DNA of 64,000 nucleotides, from NCBI GenBank assembly GCA_002189035.1, contig CM007989.1, positions 5,456,001 through 5,520,000 of the forward strand, in the 5' to 3' direction. Under the pieces are notes generated by a model. That model was not told the origin of the DNA. It made no database searches and was given only the letters and a program-made list of their open reading frames with translations. The DNA comes from Utricularia gibba. Taxonomy: Eukaryota > Plantae > Magnoliophyta. The first letter of the stretch is position 1. Every line of letters starts with the position of its first letter. A program made the position numbers and the translations under genes. Of this stretch, positions 37,994 through 51,793 are shown piece after piece.

Positions 37994-38315
37994 GGGTGTG
38001 TTTGGTAGAAGGTTTGGATTAATAGAGGTTAGAATTACTAAGGTTTATAATTGAGTTTAAATTTACCACTGTTTAAATAAAAACAAGTTTGGTAGTGTTG
38101 TTTATTTAAAACTTAATTTATAATATGAATTATTTAGCAAAAAACATCCGATTTATTTTAAACATACAAAGGGGATAGATTTAGTTTAAACTCCAAAAGT
38201 CTAGAAATATGTTATTTAATTTAAACCCAGATTTAAATCGATCTACTCTATCAAACACCACAATATTAAACCAAACCTTGTAAAACTAGCCTAAAGACCC
38301 CTACCAAACACGCCC
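37994..38315. mobile_element. Tourist-type MITE (PIF/Harbinger superfamily), 322 bp
   Basis: TIRs GGGTGTGTTTGGTAG / CTACCAAACACGCCC (14 of 15 match), TTA TSD at 37991-37993 and 38316-38318, AT-rich non-coding interior. Confidence 0.9.
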
Positions 38316-40826
38316 TTAAATGGTTAAATGGTTTAACTTGCAATTGAGACTTATTTAAAGATAACTCATTTTGAAAACAATATATAACTTTAATAATATT
38401 TTCAAGTTTTACATTCTCATTGATCATGATGTAGCCATTAAACTTGTCTTTCATCATCTATTGCTTCCAGTTCATCACAACTCCTTGAACTTATCCAAGT
38501 GGTCAGCCATTAGATCACCTTATTGATACTTGAATGAGGGTATGTGAGTTTACTTCGCGTAATTTGATGGAATCATCTCCAAAATCTGCCAATCAATAGT
38601 TTATCTTTTGTCAACACATAGCTGGATAGTGGCAATAGCTTCTTATGCATCTCCATCGAATCATCAATTCTGAAAAGTCTGATATCTTATCCCTTCTAAA
38701 CAGACAAGTTTCCTCAAGCTCTTACAAATTGTACTTCCACATAGAATAATTTTGTAGTATTTAGTTTTTCCATAATCGTTTTAGTCATCTCATCCTACAA
38801 AGAACACAGCTAGAATATATCAAAAGTCAAAACATTGTTCTAATTCTAGATTGTTAGCAATAATATAATAAATATTGGATGATTGACTATGCTACTTTGG
38901 TTGAATGCCAGCAAAATAAAGGATTGAAAGACACAAACAGTATCTGGAAAAACGAAAAACGGAGGATACCTTCCATGGTACCAACCAAAAGATCTCCTAT
39001 ATACTGTTATACCAAGTCAGTAATAAGATAATTACTATAAAAATAGTACTAACTAGATAAAAAAAATAATTCATCAATATAAGATGATCAAACGAGAACA
39101 TCATATCACCATTTATCTTTATACAGTTAAATGCAAAACTATCCACTTTTGAAACGAGAATTAAAGTAGTACATCTTCGTATTTGTGAATTTCGTCTTTA
39201 TTTGAATTCCTAAAATCACACGTAGTAAAGGATTTTGATATCATTCGAGAAGATTCATGAATCCGTTGCCACAGAGTTGGCCTCTTCTTACTCCATCTAG
39301 AACCATTTTAAAAACCTTAGCTTTATAATTGGGCTTGATAATTGTTGTATGACCCAAACGAATAACTCCCAACAGTTTATAGGCTATTTGTTTTAGTCAA
39401 TTTCCAAATTGACAATATTAGTCGACTTGTATTCATCTAACCTAACTGTAAAGCGACATGTTTGTTGAGTGGGGATTTGATTTCCTAATGGGGGACTCCC
39501 TCAAGCTAGACTGCAATGCAATTTAACAACTGAAAATGGTTTCAATCACATCGGTGACTTTGGTGGGAGTTGTCATCTCGACATCTCCGGCATAAAAAAG
39601 ACGATCCCTTTGTTGAATAGCCGACGCGATTGAGTTGGTGAGTCGGCCAGGCAAAATCTGACTTCTGGAAACCCCAAAATAATATGATCATTTACGCGGC
39701 AAACATTTGACAAGAGTGTTGCGTTGTGGTGGCAACAGTCTGGGACAAGTGGTTGCCAGGCTTCTGCTTCATCATCTGCTACGAAAGCCAGAAAAATGCT
39801 GTTCCGTTGTCCTTTTCAGGGTAAGAAAAAAAACCCCATGTGTCGGTTTACCTTCTCCTATTCATTCAAATGAACACAATTTGGGTTAGCAAGTCAATGG
39901 TTAGGTTAGCCGAGCGAAGCCTACGCCGCCCAGTGCCGGGCTTCATTCAAGGTGGATACCTGTAGAGGTAGCCAATAAATGCGCTGGTTGACTCAACAGT
40001 ATGGCATGCAATTTAATTGCGAGATCTCATTTAATGGAGTCTCTTCTTCATCACCATTTGTGCGGTACGGGATGAATTCCATCCACTGATTGGTGGTGCG
40101 ACTGTCATTTAGTGCCGTAACCGTAAAAGAAGCTTAGGTAGAACAAAAAAGTTGAGCTTTTCTCACAAATAAACAAACTGGGTAGACTGTTGTGAGCTGA
40201 AGAATGATTGAATGAAGGAACAGGTTTTCAATCCTATTCTTGGCACAGGGGTGTGAAAGTGTAAATAAAAGTATGGTCTTTCACTGAAAAGGAAGCAACT
40301 TCGCGGAGTGCCCAGCTTTCCGTCGATTTAGAGCTTGCTGTCATCTCAACGAGAGTGGGCTGGACGTGAGAGAGAGAGGGAGAGAGAAGGCAGTTGTACA
40401 GTGGATTCAGTCAAGGTTATTGTCTAATTTATCGTGTTTTACCAGTTTAAAATGGACATATTAACATAAATCCACCTGTCTATAAGTCTAGTATAGTCGT
40501 GAGAATCCTAGAGGGCGAGGGCAAAGAATTGTTCTTTCTTATGTGACTTGTGGCTTGGATTCTTCTGGTTGCCAGCTTTTCTGTGGGAAGGAGAAGGATG
40601 ATGATGGTGGAGTGGTGAGAGAGAGGGAGAGTTCGCAGGCTGGATTGTCGAGATTCCCTTTTCCATCATTGCGTTTTCAAAAGAAGTGGGTTGCCAGAAA
40701 TTTTCCCAAATACCAAAACAAGGCTCTCAAAGAAGGGAAGAAGGGAAACGGGGATGTCTGTCAGGACCGCTCATTCCTGTATATAAACGTTTTTTTTTTT
40801 CTTCTGGGTTGGACTTTGGGTTCGAG

Positions 40827-43800
40827 ATGAGGATGATTCCGGTGGCGATGGCGGTGCTGCTCATTGGTTTACTCAGCTCTGCAAACGCAGTCACGGATCC
40901 AGCCGACGGTCGGTGCTTCTCTTCATAGTTCCATTTATGTCTTGAAATGAATAGAGAATATGAGTACGTAGAAGGGAAAATCAGATGCCCACGCTTGAAA
41001 ATGATATCTTGATCATTTCCTTCTTTCACCTGAAGGGAGAAATCTTCATTATCCTTGTTTCTTTTCATTTTAATGCTTACCTTGAAAGCGATTCGCGCAC
41101 TTCAATGGTTTTATGGTGAACTATCATATTGATTCCTTGCTTGCTACATGAGCATGAGCAGTAGAAGCTGAGATGCAAGTTGATTTGGAGTGTTGTAGTT
41201 TATCGAGCTTTTGTACTAGTTTCAAGTAAAGTGGTGTTGAGTTGATTTGCTTTAACCAGCATTGTATTTGAATTTGAAAATTGGCCGTTGTTGCTTGAAC
41301 AGTTTCCAGTCTCAGTATCTTGTACACCAGTTTGAATTCACCTCAGCAGCTTTCAAACTGGAAGGCAACTGGTGGTGATCCTTGTGCAGAGTCATGGACT
41401 GGAGTTACATGTTCTGATTCAAGAGTTACTCAAATGTGAATGCTTCCACTGTTTCATCAAATACTAGCCTTCGGATTTCAGGATTCTAATATCAATTTTT
41501 TTTTTATTTTTTGAAATTTCCCAGAGTAATATCTGGTCTAGGACTCACAGGGAATATGGGGTTTCAGCTGGACCACCTGACTTCTTTGACTACACTGTAA
41601 GACAATTTCAATCCTTCTAAATCCTTTGAACATTTGGAGTTTCTGGATTTTATATTAAATCATCTGGCAGTGATGTAAGCAACAACAATCTTGGAAACCA
41701 GATTCCGTATCAGCTTCCACCAAATCTGCAAAGACTGTGAGCATACTTGGCCACGATGTGTTCACAATTTCTAGTTTTTAAGTCTGATGAAAATGCTCTT
41801 CCTCAATGCAGAAACCTTGGGGGTTGCAACTTCAATGGCGGCCTCCCATATTCCATATCGTTAATGAGCTCTCTACAGTACCTGTTAGTCTTTACATTGA
41901 AAATTCTGATTTTGAAACAACGGTGGTTCTTAGTTCTTAAACTTTCCAAATACTGAAATTGACAGCAATGTTAGCCACAACCAAATTCAGGGACAAGTTA
42001 ATCTTCAGTTCAACTCGCTCACCGCCCTCTCCACATTGTAAGGATCTCATGTTTGATTATCCATCGGTTTCGGAAACCTTTACCCCCCCACTCTCTATCA
42101 TTTCCTCATTTTTGTGTTTGCTATTATCGTGCACCATCAGATTTTTTTTTTTCTCACCTCTTCAGGGATTTGTCTTTTAATTCAATGTCGGATACTCTCC
42201 CTCAAAGTTTTGAGTCACTTACAAGTCTCAGGAATTTGTAAGTCAATTACAAGTTGGTAGATTGTATGTGCCTTTTGAATTCTGATCACCATCTTCAATT
42301 CCAGGTACTTGCAAAACAATCAATTCTCAGGGACTATTGACGTTCTTGCTAATCTTCCGCTCGAGCATCTGTGAGTTCTATAAGAGTTCGTTTTCCCACA
42401 TTTCATGCTTGAGGAAGCATGATGCCAAAACATGGTTATGTGCTTTGTATTTCAGGAATGTAGAAAACAACCGCTTCACTGGATGGGTGCCATCTCAACT
42501 AAGACACATAAATAGTCTCCGGTAGGCTTCCTGTCTTGCATGTCTATGTACATGCATTGTTCTGTGCTACAGCTCACCTGCAATTGTATATGCTTACAGA
42601 ACTAGCGGCAATCAATTCAACTCGGGGCCAGCACCTCCTTCACCACCTGGTACCCCTAGAGCAAGCACATCACCAAGTTCTGGAGGCAATGGTGTGTCAT
42701 CCCGTTCATCCCGTAATTCTGGTATAGGCGGCGGTGCAGTGGCAGGAATAGTTATATCTGTTTTGGTCATTGGAGCTCTTGTGGCATTCTTTCTCTTGAA
42801 AAAACGATCAAGAAAGCCTTCCTCTGACGTTGAAAAACAAAGTAGTGAGCCTTTTGCAGCGCCTTTAGCTTCACAAGAACCAACAGGTACTTGCCAAATT
42901 ATTTTCCTTGTATCTGGGACTGGGACTGTGTTTAAAGAAGCTTGTGCAATTCTCAGATATCAAGTCCATCCAGACTTCATCGGCCATGAGCGACAAACTG
43001 TTTGGAAACCAAGCTGCATTTGTAAATCTTAGACCTCCTCCAGTTGAGCGTCCTAAGTCATTTGATGAAGATGACAGCTCCGCAAAGCCAATTGTCCCCC
43101 TTAAGAAGAAAAATGCAGCTCAAATAAACTCCAAAATCTTTTCAGTTGCAGACTTACAAGTGGCTACCGATAGCTTTAGCATTGAAAACCTTCTTGGTGA
43201 AGGATCAATTGGGCGTGTCTATCGAGCTCAGACAGAGGATGGCAAGGTATTTATCCCTGGTCATGCATTATCAATGACAGGATCTTCCTGACTTGCACAT
43301 AATCACTGACTCAACTATGTTGTGTGGTGGAATATAGGTTCTCGCTGTGAAGAAGGTGAACTCATCAGTCTTGGGCAATGCTGACAGCTTCCTTGAAATA
43401 GTTTCAGAGTGCTCCCGCCTGCATCATCCGAATGTAGCTGAGCTAGTTGGGTACTGTTATGAGCATGGGCAGCACCTCCTGGTGTACGACTTTCAAAATA
43501 GTGGATCTTTACATGAGCTTCTTCACTTGCCTGATGAATACAGTACGTCTTTGACATGGAGCACCCGTGTGAAGATCGCACTTGGTTCTGCAAGAGCACT
43601 AGAGTAAGCCTCACTCTCGGCTGAGCAAACATTTCTTGCATCATTTGCAATTACAATCCAACGTCTGTCATGTGCTCTCTCCAGGTATCTGCATGAAGTC
43701 TGTGTGCCATGCGTTATCCACAAAAATCTGAAATCTGCCAACATTTTACTCGACACAGAGCTTAATGCTCGTCTTGCAGATTGTGGTCTCGGAAACCTTA

Positions 43801-44488
43801 TCTCTGAACGAGATCAGGTAGTACTCAAGCTCACCCTCGTTTTGAAATCAAGTTTGGCCATTGATTCTTACCACATCAAGGATCCTAATGGACTTTTAGC
43901 TTATACCTGGTGCTGATTGTGTACAGGCATCTGGATACATTGCACCCGAGATCGCAATGTCTGGCCAATACTCCATCAAGAGTGATGTATACAGCTTCGG
44001 AGTAGTTATGTTGGAGCTTCTATCCGGCCGCAAACCATTTGACAGGTTATGAACTTCTTGCTACCAGAAGAATGAGCCGAAAAGTGAACTCAGTTTATAT
44101 AAGCCTTGTCTTTTTTGCAACAGCTCAAGGCCAAGATCCGAGCAATCTTTGGTCCGGTGGGCAGCACCTCAGCTTCACGATATTGATGCTCTGTCGAAGA
44201 TGGTTGATCCAGCTCTCAAGGGGCTTTACCCCGTCAAATCCCTGTCTCGGTTTGCCGATGTGATTGCTCTCTGTGTCCAGGTAATTCTGCATCTTGAACT
44301 TGAAATAAGTTGACATCCAAGCAAGCTCGCCGCCTAACATGCCTGTTACCCACGATTGCCGGCAGCCTGAGCCGGAGTTCAGACCTCCCATGTCGGAAGT
44401 GGTTGATGCATTAGTTCGTCTAGTGCAGCAAGCCAACCTGAGCAAGCCAACAGCTGGAAATGAAGGCTCCGGTGGCGCAGACGAGTAG
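40827..44488 (+). CDS. SRF: STRUBBELIG-receptor-family LRR receptor-like kinase (SRF6/SRF7-like); 16 exons: 40827-40908, 41303-41435, 41525-41596, 41671-41736, 41812-41883, 41966-42037, 42166-42237, 42305-42370, 42456-42521, 42600-42886, 42957-43246, 43338-43603, 43685-43817, 43927-44045, 44124-44280, 44366-44488
   Basis: Signal peptide; SUB domain [32 protein letters not shown]; 66-72-nt LRR exons; Pro/Ser-rich linker; [20 protein letters not shown]; kinase motifs [65 protein letters not shown]. Confidence 0.95.
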
Positions 44489-45322
44489 CGGGAAGCAGCA
44501 TTCCGGTGGCGCTGAGATTTTGTTCCTGAGGCTTCATTCATGTCGTTGTGCTTGCCGGTGGGTAAATAGTTGTTGTATGGGCCTTCATTTATTCCAGAGT
44601 TGAAAATAACCAAGAGAGAGCCTGGGGCAGCAAGTCTTTCCCAATTTCTTCAAACTTCATGTACATTACTTCCTTTTAAACAAATCTCAATACATGTATG
44701 CACAGGTGGAGTTTGTTGTGGCATTCAAGTTATAGTTAGTGTAAAAAATTTAATTTTTAATTTTTAAAATAGCATCTAATTATTTTAATTTTTTTTTGTA
44801 AATAATTTATTTTTAAATTTATAAAATTATATATTTAAATTCTTATATTATCAAATTAATTGGTTTTGATACAAACATTGTTATAATAATGTATTATTAT
44901 AAACATTATTTTTTACTTTTATTCTTTCTTCTTTGATGCTTTTATTTTTGTTGAACTCCAAATATCATAAAGTATAAATATGATATTATTTTAACAAGAT
45001 TCGTTTTGCATAACTCTAGACATGAATGCAAAAAACTCCAAATACGAAATTTTTTTGAGTTAAATTAGAGCCGATTCACTACGCTGTGAATTGATTTACT
45101 TTTTAAAAATTTTAAAAACTATTTAGATTTTTATTACATGATTTTCATAATTTGAATTCTTTTTTTTTATAATTTTAAAACTAGTCAAATTATTTATATG
45201 TACCAAAATTGAGGTTTTTTTTTCAATTTTTTCATACATGTATACCTATGATTTTGACTTAAGTTTCCAAATCAGATCGATCCTCCATACATCATCAAGT
45301 TTGAAAATTTGTTTGACGGTCA

Positions 45323-45346
45323 ATATATATATATATATATATATAT
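45323..45346. repeat. (AT)12 microsatellite
   Basis: Counted directly. Confidence 0.9.
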
Positions 45347-45952
45347 GTATTAAATTAAATTTCATATTATTATTATAGAATAAAGTACAAATATAATAAC
45401 TTCAATAATCAAAACTTAAATATAACATTATTTGTCATCTATATTAAGTTTTCATTAACTCAAACATTAAATATAAAAAACAGAAACATGCATTGATTTA
45501 ATTGCAAGAACAAAACAAGTATTGAAAAATTAGCAAAATTAAGAATTGATAGTGTGCAATATTTATCCAAGAGCCAGAGTCACAACACTGCTAAAGATTA
45601 GAAATAAACAATCATTATTTTACAAGTTGAGAGAAGCAATGACAATACTATTTTTAACAAAAAACTTTAAAAAATCGGTACTTGTTTGACCGATTAATCG
45701 GTGAGATAAGAAAAATTGGTTAACTGGTCGAGTCACAATAAAAGATACATAGATAACCTATTGTACATACTCTCTCTCCCCTCTTTGCATATTATTGTAT
45801 TTTAAAAAATAAAAAGTTATTATTTAATCGGTTGATATTAGGGCCGAGCGTTTTCACATTGTTCCGGGCCGGCAGCACCCAAGCCCCGGAGGTTTTTCTT
45901 TTTCCTAATGAGAGGTAATTGCTTTTGTTGCAGGTCATGATTTGATACTCCA

Positions 45953-45958
45953 TGGGCC
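45953..45958 (+). promoter_or_regulatory. Site II element (TGGGCC) in the TOM20 proximal promoter
   Basis: Exact TGGGCY match about 120 bp upstream of the ATG, with other GGGCC/GGCC-like motifs at 45840-45890 and ~45997. Site II motifs are known from plant nuclear genes for mitochondrial proteins. Function here is untested. Confidence 0.5.
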
Positions 45959-46077
45959 GAAAGCGCAGCGCAGCGCAGCGCAGTGTGGGTTTTGTAGGCC
46001 TACCAATTATGGAATTTGCCCTAACTGCACCATACACAAACTGTTCTTGAGTTCGCACTGAAACCGAATAGTCGGAG

Positions 46078-47574
46078 ATGGAGATGTCAAGCGAGTTCGA
46101 TCGATTGCTCTTCTTTGAGCACGCACGAAGAACTGCTGAAGCTCACTATGCCAAAAATCCTCTCGATGCTGATGTTCTTACTCTCATTATTAACCGTTAC
46201 GATGATCATTCTTTTTTTTTTTATGGAATTTCAGAGCATTCTTTTTTTTTTTTTCCGCTTGCTGCAGAATCTTGCTAAATGGGGCGGCGTTCTGCTGGAG
46301 TTGTCGCAATTTCAGAACGGCCCCGATTCGAAGAAGATGGTTCAAGGTAGTCTAGTGAACTCTGTTGACGTTGTCTAGTTATCCATGGTTTTATTTTCAC
46401 TTAAATAGAAAATCAGTTCTACAAATGAATGGGGTATCAGGCATATATCTAGCCCTTGATTGTTACTTTCCCCATGGTGATTGAGTGCACTAAACTGGAG
46501 AATGTTTAGATTATTGATTTTGGTTAAAATTATTCAGGTTTTTAAAAACTAGATTGGTGTTATTTCAGACGCAATAGACAAGCTGAAGGAGGCTGTGGAT
46601 ATTGACCCAACCAAGCACGATGCTGTATGGTGTCTTGGGAATGCATATACTTCTAATGCATTCTTGACTCCTGATCAGGATGAAGCTACAGGTGACTTTG
46701 AAACTGCGGCTCAGTACTACGAGCAGGCTTGTGAGCTGGTAATGGTGCTTGATGAAGCCGCTTGTGCAGACGTTTAACGCTTTACTAAATCCTCTATGAC
46801 GTTATTGCAGGACCCAGAGAATGACCTTTATAAGAAATCCTTAGAAGTTGTTGCCAAGGTATATTTCCATATACCATTTAGTTTGGATTCTGAAGAATGA
46901 GATACCAACCTAACATAGACCTGGTATCTTGTTTTTTTGTTTCCCCTTGCGCTTTCGCTGTCCATATATGCCCTTATACGCATGACAACCTTACACAGCA
47001 GTGTTTTACTTTGGTTCTTTTTAGCAACTTGTTTCTCTGGGTGCTTAATGAAATCATTTATTGTTCAAGGCTCCTGAACTACATAGGGAGATCCATAAGC
47101 ATGGGTTGGCCCAGCAGGCTATGGGGCAGGGAGCTTCTTCATCCTCTGGTGTTAAGGTAATTGTACTTCCACTGTTTACGCAAAATGTCTCCCCCACGTA
47201 TTCTTTTTGACTTAGACTGCTGCCGCCCTAACCTACTTTTCATAACTCCGTTTATTCATTCCATGTGGCCATGCTAGTAACTTGTTATAGCCTGCACCGC
47301 ACCCCATTTGTTATCCAAGCATTCCCGCTACCCCAAAGCATGGTCCTTCTTCAAAATTAAACTTTGAAAACTCTTCAGAACACTGCTTAGATTTCTTCAT
47401 CTACGAACAACTTCATCTGTACACTTTCTGCCGCTGCAGCAGAGTGGAAAGAAGAACAAAGACTCCGATTGGAAGTATGATGCATGTGGATGGATCATCC
47501 TTGGTGTTGGACTCGTCATTTGGTTGGGGTTTGCAAAGTCTAATCTCCCCCAACCCCCTCCGCCCTCCTCCTAA
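46078..47574 (+). CDS. TOM20: Plant mitochondrial import receptor TOM20 (6 exons: 46078-46173, 46268-46346, 46569-46738, 46811-46858, 47070-47156, 47440-47574)
   Basis: [27 protein letters not shown]|[45 protein letters not shown], and a C-terminal anchor [26 protein letters not shown] followed by a Pro-rich tail. Confidence 0.96.
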
Positions 47575-48071
47575 CTACACACAGACAGTCAGGTTTTTGT
47601 GGAATCGGTGCTTGCTCAGATATCAATTCATTGTTTTTCGACTTGTGCATTGCTCCTTATACAAAAGTGTTTGGAGTGCAAAACCTGTTAAAACTTGAAG
47701 GCATCTGCATCTCACTCACATTTCCGACTACAACACAAACTTGCTTCTTGTAAATTGTTATAGGATTAAATGATTGTTCTGTACAATGAAAATGAGATGA
47801 GTAAAGTAGAGTTTCAAATCATCTAAATCATCAGTATCTGATTCGCATTTTCAATTGGTAAAAACGTCTCATTCGAGAGGGTATAAATAGATTTGGATTT
47901 CATAATTAGAGATGAATTAGATAAGTTATGCTCATTTAAAAAAACAAAGAGTGATCAAGTGTTTAATCTACCATGATTGTGTTGATAATTCTCCAATAGT
48001 GATTCGTAATCAAGTTAGTTTAATTCTAGTTTTCATATATTTTCAACACATCTTTTAAACATAAATAATAT

Positions 48072-48614
48072 TGATAGGGGATAAACCGGTTTGACACAAT
48101 CGGCTCTTAAAAGTCTGTCAAAAGTGATCCTGAAGGGATAACGCCATATGACATATCGATATCTGTCAGAAATTTGGTAGGCATGGCCATATGACACAGT
48201 CTGAAAAGCGGCCGAATTACGGCATGACAGACGGCCGATGTCTGAAAAGCGAGATCGAATAGCAGGAGCAGAAAGCATCCAATATTTGTAGACATCAAAA
48301 TTCGGTCAGAGTGAGCTCTCCTATAAATAGGAAGAATCATGACGAAGGTGGGGGTTGGACACAAGAAAAAGAAAAGAGAAAATTCTTAGACTTGTAACCT
48401 CGTCTTCGCCCCTCTCTATCTAGTGGAAATCTTTTCCAGCGAGCTCCGGCAGCTCCGTGATTTTTCCGCTTTCCGGCAGTTTCCACATAAAAAACCCCTG
48501 CTCATTCTTATTTCGATCGAACCAACCGCGAAAAACGCGACTAAGTGAGGCAATTCCGACCGCACTTATCACCTTAACTCGGTCTTACACCGGATACCGA
48601 TTTGACCCTTAACA
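48072..48614 (+). mobile_element. Solo LTR, 543 bp (gypsy, possibly Tat-like)
   Basis: TGATAGGGG...CCCTTAACA termini, perfect TSD AATAT (48067-48071, 48615-48619), internal TATAAAT box at 48322-48328. The lineage call is tentative. Confidence 0.9.
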
Positions 48615-49779
48615 AATATTTTAAATATCTTTTCTAAAAATAGTCAAGATTTGTGTTCTTGGGGAAAGAAAAAATATATAAAATGATAATTCAAAAAATT
48701 CAAAAAAGTAAACTAAAAATTTTTTAGAATCACAAATTAGTATTTAGAGACTAAAATTACACGTAGAGTATAGAAAACTTCCATAAGCATAGAATTGAGA
48801 GGTCATTTAGAAAAGTGATCATTGCCACATTCTCTCACACATTTAAACAAAAAAAATTTAACTAAGGATCAATTTTATTACACACTAAAAGTAGGATGAT
48901 TAGATTTCGAATACACCAAGTAGAATTCTTGTGGGGCTCACTTGGAGATAAAATTAAATAAAAAAAAGGAAAACATATGGTTTTTATAGCCACGGTCAAT
49001 TTTTATTGTCATGTTCACAAGTCTAAACATTGACTTGTAATCCTCCATTTATAAATAAAGGGGCATCTAGACCCTCAAGTCTCAAGGTACCCTCAACGAG
49101 TTTTCAATTATAGAATATTGAGCAAAACTTTGAATAGAAATTTGATGAACGGTAAATTTCTGCACATTGTTGTACAATAGCAATTTGTCATATTAAATAA
49201 ATTTAGAAACCTAATTTTCAATCAAATATTAAGTAAATATTAACATATTAGAATTAGAATTAAACACAAGGAGCATGATGCTTGTTGTGTAAAGCCTAAT
49301 GCATTTTTTTTATCACGATAGAAGAATAACTCTAAACTAAAATTAATGCAGTATGATAAACGGGAGTAAAGCAATAAATAAACAAGTAAATACGATTATT
49401 ATTTAGAAAGAAACAATGTGATGTCATGAAATTTTCAAAAATAATATGCTCATTACTATCTTTATCTCACTCAAATTCAAAATCATTTATCAAATAAGTA
49501 AAATGTTTGAGTTTACCTAAATCTTTGTTTTCTTTAACTTCTGGTGTATCTTTAATTAGGTTTGTTGTTATGTTTCATTTTTTACATAATTATTATATAT
49601 TATTATAGATTAATTTAGGATTAAATTATCTTATTAAGAGTTATATTAATAAGTATTTTGTTTTATTAGAAAAATTCAATTATTATTATTTGTATATATT
49701 TTTGTGTTGTTTTTCATGTATTTTCACCTAAAAGTGGAAGTAATCAATGTTGAAGTGTGGTTCATTCCTTATGACTTTT

Positions 49780-51793
49780 CAGAGTCTGCTGTAATGATTG
49801 AACAATTACTTATATGAATGAAAAAATTGACTGCACAAGCAAGATAGAAAAAAATGATGGAACGAGAGTAAAAAAAGCAAATACATGTGGAATGTGAACA
49901 GGACACTATTAGTTTCCTTTTCTTTGTCAATTCTCTAAACTGTAATGTCAATTGATTCAATTGAATCTCCAAATTTTTGATAGCTTGTCAATTTTTCATT
50001 GATTGCACCATAAATATTTTATCATTTCTTCTAAAAAACTAACATAATTTCCTCCTGCATTGCTTTGACTTGAACACTGAGATTGTTGAACTTGGTTCTG
50101 AAGTTGTGGAGTTTGGTGGGTTCTTTGTTCTCATGAAAATTCCATTGTTCAATCATTGAATTTTGACCCTTGTACATATTTTAATTGTTATTCCTACAAG
50201 AGTTTGGAGAATCCCTCTAACTTGGGTTGTAAGTGTTCGAATATGAGTCATACTTTCTCTTGAGTTGAAGCTCTAAATCCCCCATAGCCGTGACATGTTC
50301 CTCTTGAAATAACTTTGGATATTTATCAACAAGATGTCCAAGTCTATGACAATTTCTCCACGCCATGTTCTTAGCTTGAAACAAGAATAACTCTTTCATC
50401 ATTTCTGCAACAACAGTTTTTGTGAGTTCGATTTCTAAAGCTCTAGGCTTGCTCTCTACTTTATATACTATCTTGTTTGTGGCATGTTTTCTAATAATAT
50501 GTTTGGAATGCTTAGCTAGTTTCTCAACCAATGAAAGAGCCTCAATGGGTGTTTTCTTCCTATCCACTAAATCAAGCATAGGCTTATCAATGTACAATAA
50601 TCCATTATAAAAATACTTGACAAGGGTGTTGGTTTGAAAACCATGGTGTAAACAAGATCCCAAAAGTTAGTTAAATCTCTCCCAATACTCATGAAATGTT
50701 TCACTATTAATTTGCTCAACATCATTAATTTCATTATGAATCTCTTCAACCTTGAATGCTAGAAACTACTTACTCAAAAATACTTTCTTCATTAAAGCCA
50801 ATTGATAATACTTTTAGATCTTAAAGAATTGAATTAAGTTTTTGCTCCTCCTTGATTGAAAGGCTCTTAAAAAAATCAAATCTTCTTTCATTCAAACACT
50901 CTTCAATAATGTATGAACTGTTGTTACCTTGTGATAAGGAACACGTGCTTGCTATATGTTTTATCAAATATAAGATTGCAAAATAAATTCTACTCTTAAT
51001 CCAAAGTCAAACTAACGATGGTACACAAGTTAAGTAATTAAAATCAAATTGCAATGCAAAAAATAACAAGTATTGGTTCTAAACATCAAATAACACTATA
51101 ATGGAGCCAATTCAAACACCCATACATACTTTAAGACATCCCTAAAATCTAGCAAATCATGATGAAAAGTGGAATCATTACTTCATAAAATGAAAATAGA
51201 ACCATATTTATGATCACAAATTCGAAAGTAGAACAATAAACATAAAACGTTCAAAATACATAAAGAAAGCCAAAATGTTTTGCATTCTCTGTAGCTATTG
51301 TTTTTAGCATGAAATAGTAGCACAGAATTGGGTTCCGTGATGGAAATCTCCAAACTGAAATATTTTTCAATCATCTCCTTTCTATTCATGGGTGTGGTTT
51401 CATTCTCTTCCCCCCTCTTGTGGTTTCTCTCCCTTCTAAAAAATATATTCCTCTCTTCTCTTTTCCTTTTTTATTGCAAACATTGTTTCTAATAATCATA
51501 TTGTTCTTAGTCTAAATCTGTAGAGTGTGAGTGGTTGAATATCAATCATATCCCCCTCCTTGTGTATTGTGTCTATAGACTCGTGTTTATAAATTAGTTA
51601 AATATGATCCATAATGTTACTAATAACATTTAAAAGAATATTAAGAATCATAATATATACTAAATTATATGCAACAAAAATATAAATAATAGTATATTAA
51701 TAAAATATTAAAAATTAAAATTAAAATACTTATTTTTATCATTAAAGATCATAATTTTATAACCTAAAAATACTAATAAAATATGTGTTATCA
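49780..51793 (-). mobile_element. Athila-like gypsy remnant: LTR fragment (50932-51793) plus decayed gag (~50217-50900)
   Basis: The minus strand starts TGATAACACATATTT. The gag motif ETFHEYWERFN*LLGSCLHHG..LVKYFYNGL (Retrotrans_gag type) contains stops. Confidence 0.78.

Noticed and set aside
39600-40130. GC-richer patch with a small hairpin (GCCGAC..GTCGGC) upstream of SRF, considered as an ncRNA or miRNA
   Set aside because: The stem is only 6 bp, with no tRNA, snRNA or snoRNA boxes and no long miRNA-type duplex.
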